A DNA stretch of 64,000 nt, taken from positions 512,001 through 576,000 of the forward strand of contig CAVXJS010000021.1 of assembly GCA_963762145.1 (NCBI GenBank). Direction: 5' to 3'. The notes beneath the pieces were generated by a model. It had not been told where the DNA came from. It made no database searches and was given only the letters and a program-made list of their open reading frames with translations. This DNA is from an uncultured Candidatus Rokubacteria bacterium. Lineage in GTDB: Bacteria > Methylomirabilota > Methylomirabilia > Rokubacteriales > CSP1-6. A program made the position numbers and the translations under genes. Shown here piece after piece: positions 20,969 through 30,402 of this stretch (position 1 is its first letter; the number at the start of each line of letters is the position of its first letter).

Positions 20969-21670
20969 ATGGACGCACGGACCGCAGGACGCCGCATGAC
21001 CGAGCTCTTGACCCTCACCACCCCGCCGGTGGCGGTGACGTTCACCGCGAGCGCGCCCGCCGGCGTCCCGCGCGTCGCCAAGGCCGGGCCCGCGGGCTGC
21101 GCCTACTGGAAGCAGGCCGCGGAAGGCGCAGTGTTCTACACCGAGGCCGCCGATCACTACAATTGCCCGGTCGGCTCGTTCACCCACGGCATCGCGCTGC
21201 CCGCCGAGCGGGCCAGGGAGCTCGAGGACGTGGTCGGCACGATGGTGGGGCTGCAGTACATCCGGATGGAGGAGGTGGGCGCGCTGCCGCGCCGGACCGT
21301 GCCGTTCCAGGTGGCGGTCTACGCCCCGCTGGCCGAGACGCCGGTGCCGCCCGACGTGGTGCTGGTGCGCGGCCGGGCGCGACAGATCATGCTGGTGGCC
21401 GAGGCCGCGCGCGCGGCCGGGATCGCGGGCGACGGCGCCGCCATGGGCCGGCCCGCCTGCGCGATGATCCCCGCGGTCCTCGGCGGGCCTACCGGCGTCA
21501 CCAGCCTCGGCTGCATCGGCAACCGCGTCTACACCGGCCTGGGCGACGACGAGCTGTACTTCACGATCCCGGGCCCGAAGGTCGGCGAGGTGGTCGAGCG
21601 GCTCGCGACGGTGATGGACGCCAACCGGGCGCTCGAGGCGTACCACGAGGGGCGGCGGGTGGGCGTCTAG
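20969..21670 (+). CDS. DUF169-family protein
   Basis: PPVAV, GC, NCPVG, PPDVVLV, RPAC and SLGCIGNRVYTGLGDDEL motifs; RBS GAGGGG. Confidence 0.75.
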   Translation: MDARTAGRRMTELLTLTTPPVAVTFTASAPAGVPRVAKAGPAGCAYWKQAAEGAVFYTEAADHYNCPVGSFTHGIALPAERARELEDVVGTMVGLQYIRMEEVGALPRRTVPFQVAVYAPLAETPVPPDVVLVRGRARQIMLVAEAARAAGIAGDGAAMGRPACAMIPAVLGGPTGVTSLGCIGNRVYTGLGDDELYFTIPGPKVGEVVERLATVMDANRALEAYHEGRRVGV

Positions 21671-21708
21671 CCCCCTCACCCTGCCCTCTCCCCCATCGGG
21701 GGAGAGGG
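21671..21708 (+). repeat. REP-like repeat copy
   Basis: CCCCCTCACCCTGCCCTCTCCCCCATCGGGGGAGAGGG. Confidence 0.88.
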
Positions 21709-21739
21709 TGGCTGGTGATCGGGCTATAATCAGTCCCCC

Positions 21740-22933
21740 ATGAACACGCCCCTCGCCGGCCTCCTCGTCGCCGATCTCACCCAGAACGTGGCGGGCCCGT
21801 ACTGCACCCAGATCCTGGGCGACCTCGGGGCGGAGATCGTGAAGGTGGAGCGCCTCGGCAAGGGCGACGACGCGCGCGCGTGGGGGCCGCCCTTCTGGGG
21901 GCAGGAGAGCGCCACCTTCATGAGCGTCAACCGCAACAAGCGCAGCTTGTCGGTCGATCTCAAGGCCGACGAGGGGCGTGCAGTCGTCGAGCGGCTGCTC
22001 GGCCGCGCCGACGTGTTCGTGCAGTCGCTGCGGGCCGGCGCCGCGGAGGAGCTGGGGCTGGGCTACGCGCGCGTCGCCGGGCTCAACCCGCGCCTGGTGT
22101 ACTGCTCGGTCACCGCCTTCGGCACCGAGGGCCCGCTGAAGGACCGGCCCGGCTACGACCCGCTGATGCAGGCCTACGGCGGCATCATGTCCATCAATGG
22201 CCATCCCGATCAGCCGCCCGCGCGCGTGCCGGTCTCGGTGGTGGACATGGGCACCGGCATGTGGGCGGTGATGGGCATCCTCGCCGCCCTCCGCGAGCGC
22301 GACCGCACCGGCCGCGGCGCCGAGGTCACGACGGCCCTGTTCGACACCGCGCTCGCCTGGTCGGTCTTCCAGATGAGCCACTACCTCGCCACCGGCGAGG
22401 TCCCGCGGCCGCAGGGCTCGGGCACCGCCATGATCGCGCCCTACGAGGCTTTCCCGGTCGTGGACGGCTGGGTCATGATCGCGGCCGGCTCCGACGCGCT
22501 CTTCGTGAAAGCCACCACCGCGCTCGCGGTGCCGGAGCTGGCCCGTGATCCGCGCTTCGTGGACAACCCGCGGCGCGTCGAGCATCGCGTGGCGCTGCAG
22601 GAGACCCTCGCCCGGGTCACGCGGACCATGACCGCGGACGAGCTCCTGGCGCGCCTGCAGCGCGCGGGCGTGCCGTCGGCGCGAGTATCGACCCTGGACC
22701 AGGTCGCCACCGAGCCGCAGACCGAGGCGAGCGGCATGCTGCCGGCGGTCAAGCATCCTCGCCTGCCCGACTACCGCGCGGTGGCGCTGCCGATCAAGTG
22801 GGACGGCGAGCGCCCGCCCGCCACGCGCGTGCCGCCGCTGCTCGGGGAGCACTCGGCCGAGGTACTGGCCGAGCTGGGCTACGACGACGCGGCCATCCGG
22901 GGGCTCGTGGAGCGCCATGTCATCCAGCTTTAA
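21740..22933 (+). CDS. CaiB/BaiF (family III) CoA-transferase
   Basis: AGPYCTQILGDLGAEIVKVE, NRNKRS, RPGYD and PPLLGEHS; TATAAT 9 nt upstream (leaderless). Confidence 0.93.
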   Translation: MNTPLAGLLVADLTQNVAGPYCTQILGDLGAEIVKVERLGKGDDARAWGPPFWGQESATFMSVNRNKRSLSVDLKADEGRAVVERLLGRADVFVQSLRAGAAEELGLGYARVAGLNPRLVYCSVTAFGTEGPLKDRPGYDPLMQAYGGIMSINGHPDQPPARVPVSVVDMGTGMWAVMGILAALRERDRTGRGAEVTTALFDTALAWSVFQMSHYLATGEVPRPQGSGTAMIAPYEAFPVVDGWVMIAAGSDALFVKATTALAVPELARDPRFVDNPRRVEHRVALQETLARVTRTMTADELLARLQRAGVPSARVSTLDQVATEPQTEASGMLPAVKHPRLPDYRAVALPIKWDGERPPATRVPPLLGEHSAEVLAELGYDDAAIRGLVERHVIQL

Positions 22934-23711
22934 GACGCTGAACGTCGTGACCTCCGCCGAGGGCCACGTGGTCACGGTGGAGCTGAACCGCCCCGAGGCG
23001 CTCAACGCGATGAACACCGCGATGGGCGAGGACCTGCTGCGGTGCTTCGAGGACCTCCACCGCGACCGGATCGTCCGCGCGGTGGTGTTCACCGGGGCGG
23101 GGACGAAGGCCTTCTGCGTGGGCGGCGACCTGAAGGAGCGCGAGGGCATGACCGACGAGACGTGGCGCGCGCAGCACGTGATCTTCGAGACGGCAGCCGC
23201 GCGCGTGCTCCATTGCCCGGTGCCGGTGATCGCCGCGGTCGAGGGCTTCGCGATGGGCGGCGGCTGCGAGCTGGCCGTGCTCTCCGACTTCGTGGTCTGC
23301 GGCGAGACCGCGGTGTTCGCGGTCCCCGAGGTCACGCGCGGCATCTTCCCGGGCATCGGCGGCACCCAGCTCCTGCCCCGCATCCTGGGCGCGCCGATGG
23401 CCAAGGAGATGATCTTCACCGGCCGCCGGGTGGACGCGCGCGAGGCCAAGGCCATCGGGCTCGTCAACCACGTGGTGCCGGCGGGCCAGGCGCGGGCCCG
23501 CGCGCTCGAGATCGCGGCGACCATCGCGGACAACGGCCCCTTCGCGGTGCGGCAGGCCAAGAAGGCGATCGGCTGGGGCGGCGAGACCGACCTCGAGACG
23601 GGCATGATCCTGGCGATCGAGGCCTACAACAACACGGTCACCACCGACGACCGCCTCGAAGGCGTCCGCGCATTCAACGAAAAACGCAAACCGCGATTCA
23701 CCGGAAAATAG
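22917..23711 (+). CDS. Enoyl-CoA hydratase/isomerase family protein
   Basis: LNRPEALNAM, FCVGGDLKE, GGGCEL, PEVTRG and EGVRAFNEKRKP motifs. Confidence 0.92.
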   Translation: MSSSFKTLNVVTSAEGHVVTVELNRPEALNAMNTAMGEDLLRCFEDLHRDRIVRAVVFTGAGTKAFCVGGDLKEREGMTDETWRAQHVIFETAAARVLHCPVPVIAAVEGFAMGGGCELAVLSDFVVCGETAVFAVPEVTRGIFPGIGGTQLLPRILGAPMAKEMIFTGRRVDAREAKAIGLVNHVVPAGQARARALEIAATIADNGPFAVRQAKKAIGWGGETDLETGMILAIEAYNNTVTTDDRLEGVRAFNEKRKPRFTGK

Positions 23712-23719
23712 CAACTACA

Positions 23720-23754
23720 CCCTCTCCCCTCCGGGGAGAGGGAAGGGTGAGGGG
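23720..23754 (-). repeat. REP-like repeat copy (reverse orientation)
   Basis: CCCTCTCCCC-TCC-GGGGAGAGGGAAGGGTGAGGGG. Confidence 0.85.
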
Positions 23755-23757
23755 CAT

Positions 23758-24932
23758 ATGGCAGACATGACGTTCACGCTGAGCGACGAGCAGAAGGCTC
23801 TGAAGGCCGCGGTCTACGACCTCTGCAAGCAGTACCCGGCCGAGTACTGGCGCGAGCTCGACGCCAAGCGCGAGTACCCGGAGGCCTTCGTCGGCGAGCT
23901 GACCAAGGCCGGCTACCTCGCGGTGCTCATCCCCGAGGAGTACGGCGGCGGCGGGCTCGGCATCATGGAGGCCGCCCTCATCCTCGAGGAGATCGGGCGG
24001 GCGGGCGGCAACCCGGCGGCCTGCCACGCCCAGATGTACATCATGGGCACCGTCCTGCGGCACGGCACCGAGGCGCAGAAGCGGGAGTACCTGCCGAAGA
24101 TCGCGGCGGGCGAGCTGCGCCTGCAGGCCTTCGGGGTGACCGAGCCCAACGCGGGGTCGGACACCACCAAGCTGCAGACCACGGCGGTCAAGAAAGGGCT
24201 GACAAGTACGTGGTGAACGGCCAGAAGATGTTCATCTCGCGCGTGCTGCAGTCGGACCTCATGCTGCTGCTCGCCCGCACCACCCCGGTGGACCAGGTCA
24301 AGAAGAAGACGGACGGGCTCAGCGTCTTCCTCATCGACATCCGCGAGCTCAAGGGCAAGGGGCTCGACGTGCGCCCGCTCAAGATGATGATGAACCACTC
24401 CACCAACGCCCTCTTCTTCGACAACATGGAGATCCCGGCCTCGAGCCTCATCGGCCAGGAGGGCAAGGGCTTCTCCTACATCCTCGACGGCATGAACGCG
24501 GAGCGGATCCTGGTCGCCTCCGACTCCCTCGGCGACGCGCGGTGGTTCACCGAGAAGGCGGTCGCGTACGCGGGGCAGCGCGTGATCTTCGGCCGGCCGA
24601 TCGGGGCGAACCAGGGTGTGCAGTTCCCGATCGCGAAGGCGCACGTGAGCATCGAGGCGGCCGATCTCATGCGCACCAAGGCCGCGCGGATGTTCGACGC
24701 GGGCATCCCCTGCGGCCCGGAGGCCAACATGGCCAAGTACCTCGCGTCGGAGGCGGCCATCGAGGCGGGCAACGCCTGCATCGACTGCCACGGCGGCTAC
24801 GGCTTCGCGGAGGAGTACGACATCGAGCGCAAGTTCCGCGAGTCGCGCCTCTACCGCGCCGCCCCGATCAACAACAACCTGGTCATCGCCTACGTCGGGG
24901 AGCACGTCCTCGGCATGCCCCGGTCATATTGA
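23758..24932 (+). CDS. Acyl-CoA dehydrogenase; frameshift near 24197
   Basis: IPEEYGGGG, GVTEPNAGSDT, then VNGQK, NAERI and HGGYGFAEEYDIERKFRE in the next frame; one G missing in GGG(G)CT. Confidence 0.88.
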
Positions 24933-24953
24933 GGGCAGTCCCCACCTCATTCC

Positions 24954-24988
24954 CCTTCTCCCCTCAGGGGAGAGGGCAGGGTGAGGGG
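24954..24988 (-). repeat. REP-like repeat copy (reverse orientation)
   Basis: CCTTCTCCCC-TCA-GGGGAGAGGGCAGGGTGAGGGG. Confidence 0.85.
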
Positions 24989-25007
24989 TGGTCTGACGAG
25001 AGGAGCG

Positions 25008-25562
25008 ATGTTAGGTCCGATCCTCGAAGGTGAGCGCGTCCGGCTCGAGCCGCCGCGGGTGGAGTTCTTCCCGGCCTACGAGCGGTGGTTCGCCGACATG
25101 GAGGTCACGCGCTACCTGCTCTACCGCTTCCCCTTCACCCCGAAGGCGGAGGCGGAGTGGCTCGAGCAGGTGGGCAAGGACCCGCACCAGGTCATCTGGG
25201 CGATCGTGATCAAGCACAACGGCCGTCTCATCGGCAGCGCGGGGCTCGAGCACATCGACTGGCGCAATCGCCGTGCGGAGAGCGGCATTCTGATCGGCGA
25301 GAAGGACGAGTGGGGCAAGGGCTACGCGGGTGAGGCGATGCGCCTGCGCACCGGCTACGCCTTCCGCGAGCTGGGGCTCGAGACCGTGACCACCCGGGTC
25401 GTGCTCGCCAACCAGGCGAGCCGCCGCGGGCTCGAGCGCGCCGGCTACCGCCAGGCCGGGGTGCTGCGGCACCACTACTTCGTCGACGGCCGCTGGCACG
25501 ACGCCTGGGTGGGTGAGATCCTGAAGGACGAGTGGGAAGCGACACAGGAGACCAACCGATGA
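25008..25562 (+). CDS. GNAT N-acetyltransferase, RimJ/RimL family
   Basis: RBS AGGAG; IGEKDEWGKGYAGEA, NQASRR and DGRWHD motifs. Confidence 0.88.
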   Translation: MLGPILEGERVRLEPPRVEFFPAYERWFADMEVTRYLLYRFPFTPKAEAEWLEQVGKDPHQVIWAIVIKHNGRLIGSAGLEHIDWRNRRAESGILIGEKDEWGKGYAGEAMRLRTGYAFRELGLETVTTRVVLANQASRRGLERAGYRQAGVLRHHYFVDGRWHDAWVGEILKDEWEATQETNR

Positions 25563-26509
25563 AGATGCCCGAGCGCGTGACGATCTGCGAGGTAGGGACG
25601 CGGGACGGATTCCAGATCGAGCCCGAGTTCATCTCGACCGCGGACAAGATCGACGTGGTGAACCGGCTATCCACGGCCGGCCTCCCCCGCATAGAAGTGA
25701 CCTCGTTCGTGTCGCCCAAGGCGATCCCCCAGCTCCGGGACGCGGCCGAGGTCATGGCCGCCATCACGCGGCGGCCGGGCACGATCTACTCGGCGCTGGT
25801 GCCCAACGACAAGGGCGCGGTGCGGGCGGTGGACGCGCGGGTGGACGAGATCCACACCGTGGTCTCGGCCAGCGAGAGCCACAACCTGGCCAACGTGAAC
25901 ATGACCATCGCGGAGTCGCTCGCCAAGCTCGGCGCGGTGGCGGAGGTGGCCCGCCGCGCGGGCGTGCCGGTCGTCTCCGGCATCTCCTGCTCGTTCGGCT
26001 GCCCCTTCGAGGGCGACGTGCCGGTCGCCCATCTCGAGTCGGTGGTCGCGCGCCTGGTGGACCTGGGCGCCCGCGGCATCGGCCTGGCCGACACCACCGG
26101 CATGGCCAATCCCGCGCAGGTCGGCCGCGTCCTCGAGCGCCTGGTCCCGCGCTTCCCCGGCGTCGAGTGGACGCTCCACACCCACGACACGCGGGCGATG
26201 GCGATCCCGAACATCCTGGCCGCGATGGAGCACGGGGTGACCCACTTCGACGCCTCCATCGGCGGGCTCGGCGGCTGCCCCTTCGCGCCCGGCGCCTCCG
26301 GCAACGTGTGCACCGAGGATCTGATCCACTGCCTGCACGCGATGGGGGTGGCGACCGGCGTGGATCTCGACGCGCTGATCGAGACCTCGAAGCGCGTGCA
26401 GCAGATCGTCGGGCGCGGCCTCCCCGGCCAGCTCGTGAAAGCGGGCAAGTGGGACCGCCGCTATCCGCTCCCGGACGGGGTGCGCGAGCGCATCCCCGCG
26501 CGCGCATGA
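25559..26509 (+). CDS. Hydroxymethylglutaryl-CoA lyase family protein (DRE-TIM)
   Basis: ATGA coupling; EVGTRDGFQ, LADTTG, HTHDT and GLGGCPFAPGASGN. Confidence 0.92.
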   Translation: MKMPERVTICEVGTRDGFQIEPEFISTADKIDVVNRLSTAGLPRIEVTSFVSPKAIPQLRDAAEVMAAITRRPGTIYSALVPNDKGAVRAVDARVDEIHTVVSASESHNLANVNMTIAESLAKLGAVAEVARRAGVPVVSGISCSFGCPFEGDVPVAHLESVVARLVDLGARGIGLADTTGMANPAQVGRVLERLVPRFPGVEWTLHTHDTRAMAIPNILAAMEHGVTHFDASIGGLGGCPFAPGASGNVCTEDLIHCLHAMGVATGVDLDALIETSKRVQQIVGRGLPGQLVKAGKWDRRYPLPDGVRERIPARA

Positions 26510-27063
26510 CCAAGACCGCTCAGCGGATGCTGCGGTTGATGGATAAAGCCGTCACCGAGTGGACCCTCCCGGTGATCGGCCGCGAGAAGGGGCGCGTGCT
26601 GCGCCGCCTGCTGCTCAAGCACAAGCCGCGCCGGGGCATCGAGGTGGGCTCGCTGTTCGGCTACTCCGCGATCCTCGTGGCCGGCCACCTGGCCCGCGGC
26701 GGTCGGCTCACCTGCGTGGAGCAGAATCCCTACCTCGCCAAGTTCGTCGAGTACAACGCGAAGGCCGCCGGCCTCGGCTCCCGCGTGAAGGTCGTGGCGG
26801 GCGACGCGCTGCGCGTGCTGCCGCTGCTACGCGGCCCGGTGGACTTCTTCCTGATCGACGCCAAGAAGGAGGACTACCTCGACTACCTGCGCGCGGTGGA
26901 GCCGCGCCTGCGCCGGGGCGCCCTGGTCGTGGCCGACAATACCGGCATGTTCCGCCGCGACGTGAAGCCCTACCTCGAGCACGTGCGCGCGGGCGGCCGC
27001 TACGAGAGCCGCGAGCACGACTTCGGCTTCGACTGCATGGAAGCTTCCGTGTTCCGCGGATAG
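26506..27063 (+). CDS. Class I SAM-dependent O-methyltransferase (COMT/CCoAOMT-like)
   Basis: IEVGSLFGYSA, GDAL, FLIDAKKEDY and VVADN motifs. Confidence 0.85.
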   Translation: MTKTAQRMLRLMDKAVTEWTLPVIGREKGRVLRRLLLKHKPRRGIEVGSLFGYSAILVAGHLARGGRLTCVEQNPYLAKFVEYNAKAAGLGSRVKVVAGDALRVLPLLRGPVDFFLIDAKKEDYLDYLRAVEPRLRRGALVVADNTGMFRRDVKPYLEHVRAGGRYESREHDFGFDCMEASVFRG

Positions 27064-27072
27064 CGCCCCCTC

Positions 27073-27576
27073 ATGTTCGGCGAGCAGCACGACCCGGAGT
27101 TCCTCAAGCATCTCTTCGAGACCACCGAGATCCTGCGCAAGCCGGTGGCCGGGATCATCGCGGGCTACCACGTGCTGCCCTATATCCTGGTGGGCCCGCA
27201 GGAGGCGAAGCCCGCCTCGTCGGTCGAGATCCGCGGCAAGATCAAGGTCTCCCCGCGCCTGGTGCTGGCCCCCGGGCGCGCGGGCCAGACCTACGGCGAT
27301 CTCTTCAAGGAGAGCGAGCTGATGGACGAGGCCCTGATCGCGCGGGTCTTCTCCTTCGCCTACTCGAATCGCCACCAGGTGACGCTCGAGAGCGAGGACC
27401 TCAAGATCCAGCGCTGGGACCGCAACCCGCAGGCGCAGGTCGAGCGGGCGCTCGACGAGCTCGCGCAGCGGGAGGTCATCAATACCGGCGTGATCCTCGC
27501 CCCCAACGTCAGGTTCTACCCGGTCTCGCTCGACCGGTTCATCACCGAGATCCTCGACCAGGAGTTCAAGCCGTAG
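27073..27576 (+). CDS. Hypothetical protein
   Basis: 167 aa, strong GC3 codon bias, lies inside the operon; no recognised motif. Confidence 0.75.
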   Translation: MFGEQHDPEFLKHLFETTEILRKPVAGIIAGYHVLPYILVGPQEAKPASSVEIRGKIKVSPRLVLAPGRAGQTYGDLFKESELMDEALIARVFSFAYSNRHQVTLESEDLKIQRWDRNPQAQVERALDELAQREVINTGVILAPNVRFYPVSLDRFITEILDQEFKP

Positions 27577-27596
27577 GCTCACGCCCGGCGACCGTC

Positions 27597-28148
27597 ATGC
27601 CGACCATGGAGGAGTACCTCACCCGGCCCGTCGGCGATCGGCTCGCGCGGCTCCGGAGCACGCCCGCCGAGGTGGCCAGCTTGCTAGACGGCAAGGACGA
27701 TCGAGCCCTGTCGCGCCGCGCGGAGCCGCGGAGCTGGGCCCCGAAAGAAATCGTGTGTCATCTTCGGGATGTCGAGGAGCTCTTCCTGGTCCGCTTCCAG
27801 ACCATCCTCGCGGTGGAGGATCCGCCGATCCTGACGCTCAGCGCGACCCCGGACGCGCTGGCCCGCTGGGGCATCGGCGGCGCGATCGGCCATCCGCTCG
27901 ATCCGGACCGATGGGCGGAGGAGCGCCAGTACGCGCGCTGCGACGGCCCCGCGGCGCTCGAGGCGTTTCGCCGGCGGCGGAGCGAGGTGATCGACCTGCT
28001 CGGCGCCCTCGAGCCCCGGCAATGGCGGCGCGCCGGCATCCACCTGGCGCGGGGGCGCATGGAGCTCGCCGAATGGGTGGCGAGCCTGGCCGGCCACGAC
28101 GACAATCATCTGGAGCAGCTCCGGCGCGCGGTCGATGGCCGGCCCTGA
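27597..28148 (+). CDS. DinB-family protein
   Basis: WAPKEIVCHLRDVE and GHDDNHLEQL metal-ligand motifs. Confidence 0.85.
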   Translation: MPTMEEYLTRPVGDRLARLRSTPAEVASLLDGKDDRALSRRAEPRSWAPKEIVCHLRDVEELFLVRFQTILAVEDPPILTLSATPDALARWGIGGAIGHPLDPDRWAEERQYARCDGPAALEAFRRRRSEVIDLLGALEPRQWRRAGIHLARGRMELAEWVASLAGHDDNHLEQLRRAVDGRP

Positions 28149-28181
28149 GCCCCACGACCGCCATCGCCCCTGGAGAACGCC

Positions 28182-28976
28182 ATGACCACCGAGACTTACG
28201 ACTGGGACGCCATCGTCAACGGCCTCAACCAGTACCTGCGCCTGCGCACGATCCCCATCGGCATGAAGCTCTTCGAGACCGTCGAGGAGATGGAGGCCAT
28301 CCCCAAGATCCGCCGGCCCAAGAGCAAGCACACCACCGACCAGATCGTGGCCCAGGCGCGCCAGCTCGGCTGGACGGTCGGCATCACGATGGCCGACCTC
28401 GTCGGCGCGCAGTGCGGCGCGGTGATCGGGCTCCATCCCCAGGACGAGGAGTGGCTCTCCGGCAAGCGCATGGCCGGCGTGTGGTTCAAGACCCAGGAGG
28501 ACGCGAGCCTCCACCAGCACGCGATGGACTGCGTGCCACACGGACGCTACCGCGCGATGGCGGTGGCCCCCCTCACCTCCGGGCGCCTCGACCCGCCCGA
28601 CATCTGCCTGATCTACGGCACGCCGGGTCAGATGATCTTCTTCATCAACGGGTTGCAGTGGATCGGCTACAAGAAGATGGCGTTCACGTCGGTGGGCGAG
28701 TCGGCCTGCGCGGATTCCTGGGGCAAGGCCCTCAAGACCGGCGAGCCCGCGCTGACCATTCCCTGCTACGCGGAGCGCCGTTACGGCGGCGTGGCCGACG
28801 ACGAGCTCCTGATGGCGATCCCGCCGCGCTTCCTGCCCAAGGTGGTGGAGGGCCTGGCCGCGCTCAGCAAGAACGGCCTGCGCTACCCGATTCCGCCCTA
28901 CGGCATCCAGAGCGACGCGGGGGCGGGCCTCTCGGTCAGCTACCCGGGCGCGCCGGCGGCCTCGAGCGGACGCTGA
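28182..28976 (+). CDS. DUF169-family protein
   Basis: PIGMK, QC, PDICLIYGTPGQM, GESACADS and PCYAERRYGGVADDEL; RBS GGAG. Confidence 0.82.
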   Translation: MTTETYDWDAIVNGLNQYLRLRTIPIGMKLFETVEEMEAIPKIRRPKSKHTTDQIVAQARQLGWTVGITMADLVGAQCGAVIGLHPQDEEWLSGKRMAGVWFKTQEDASLHQHAMDCVPHGRYRAMAVAPLTSGRLDPPDICLIYGTPGQMIFFINGLQWIGYKKMAFTSVGESACADSWGKALKTGEPALTIPCYAERRYGGVADDELLMAIPPRFLPKVVEGLAALSKNGLRYPIPPYGIQSDAGAGLSVSYPGAPAASSGR

Positions 28977-28980
28977 CGGC

Positions 28981-30375
28981 TCAGAGCCCGAGCGCCTCGG
29001 CCACCAGCCGGGCCAGCTCGCGGCGCAGCGCGTCCCGCTCGGGCGCGCGCGCCGGCTCGTCGTGGAGGTTGCGCAGCTCGTAGGGATCGGCGACGAGGTC
29101 GTACAGCTCGTCCACCCCGTCGCGGTTGACCCAGTGGATGAGCTTGGCCCGCTCGGTGCGCACCGCCTTGTAGCTCATCCCCACCAGCCAGGGCATCGCG
29201 TTCTCGCTCCAGTACTCGACGAGGAACGAGGTGCGCCAGTCGGCCGGGCGCCGGCCCCCGAGCAGCGGAACCAGCGAGCGCCCCTGCACCTGCGGGCCCG
29301 GCGTCCCGCCCGCGAGCTCGAGCATGGTGGGCGCGATGTCGAGCGCGAGCACGAGCGCGTCGGGCCGGCTGCCCGCGCGCACCAGCGGCGGGTAGCGCAC
29401 CAGGAAGGGCGACCGGATCCCTTCCTCGTAGGCGAAGCGCCGCTCCGGCCCGAGCGCGTGCTCGCCGAAGAAGTAGCCGTTGTCGCCGAGGAAGACGATG
29501 CAGGTGCGGTCGAGCTGCCCGGTGCGCTCGAGCGCGTCGAGGAGCATCCCGATGCCCTCGTCGACCGACGCCATCATGCACGCGCGCAGGCGAATCTCCT
29601 CCTGCGTCCCCGCGTGGATCGCGGCCAGCACCGCCTGGGCGCGCTCCGTCGCCTTGAGCCGGAAGGCCTCCGCCCAGGCCGGCTTCTCCCGCACGACCTC
29701 CTCGGGCGGCAGCACGTTCGGCCGCGGGGGAAACACGCGGCCCCGGTAGAGATCCTGGTGGCGCACCGCGGGCTTGTAGCCGCCGTGGCGCGTGAGGTCG
29801 AGCGTGCCGTCGGCGGCCTGGTGCGCGTCCGGGTGCACCGCCTTGTGGGCGAAGAAGAGGCTCCACGGCTTCGGGCGCGGGCGCTCGACGAATGCCAGGG
29901 CCTCCGCGTTCAGCACGTCGGTCACGTAGCCCGGCGCCGCGCGACGCTCGCCGTCCACGTTCAGCTCCGGATCGAAGAGCTTGCCGTGCCCGTCGAAGCT
30001 CACCCAGCGGTCGTAGCCGGGGCGCGGGGAGCCGTCGTTGCCCATGTGCCACTTGCCCACGTGCGCGGTCTCGTAGCCCAGGCGCTGCAGCTCCAGGTGG
30101 TAGTTCGGCAGCCGGTGGCTCGCCGCGTCGCGCGCCACGTTGTCGATGATGCCGTGGCGGCTCGCGTACTGGCCGGTCGCGATGCACGCCCGGTTGGGCG
30201 AGCACAGTGGCGTGGTGTGAAACGCATTGGGGCACATCGCGCCCTCGCGGGCGAGGCGGTCCACGTGGGGCGTCAGCATGTACGGATGCCCGCCCGCGCC
30301 GAACTCGTCGAAGCGGAGGTCGTCGATCAGGATCACGAGCAGGTTGGGGCGCGTGGTCGCGGGCGGCGAAGGCAC
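28981..30375 (-). CDS. Cys-type sulfatase (N-acetylglucosamine-6-sulfatase-like), no signal peptide
   Basis: RPNLLVILIDD, CSPNR (CxPxR), GKWHMG, GDNG and ELYDLVADPYELRNL. Confidence 0.92.
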   Translation of the reverse strand: MPSPPATTRPNLLVILIDDLRFDEFGAGGHPYMLTPHVDRLAREGAMCPNAFHTTPLCSPNRACIATGQYASRHGIIDNVARDAASHRLPNYHLELQRLGYETAHVGKWHMGNDGSPRPGYDRWVSFDGHGKLFDPELNVDGERRAAPGYVTDVLNAEALAFVERPRPKPWSLFFAHKAVHPDAHQAADGTLDLTRHGGYKPAVRHQDLYRGRVFPPRPNVLPPEEVVREKPAWAEAFRLKATERAQAVLAAIHAGTQEEIRLRACMMASVDEGIGMLLDALERTGQLDRTCIVFLGDNGYFFGEHALGPERRFAYEEGIRSPFLVRYPPLVRAGSRPDALVLALDIAPTMLELAGGTPGPQVQGRSLVPLLGGRRPADWRTSFLVEYWSENAMPWLVGMSYKAVRTERAKLIHWVNRDGVDELYDLVADPYELRNLHDEPARAPERDALRRELARLVAEALGL

Positions 30376-30402
30376 CCCGGCAGCCTAGCACGGCCGGGGC
30401 GA

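Noticed and set aside
24188-24215. Programmed frameshift in the acyl-CoA dehydrogenase
   Set aside because: One missing G in a homopolymer explains it, and there is no rationale for recoding in this family
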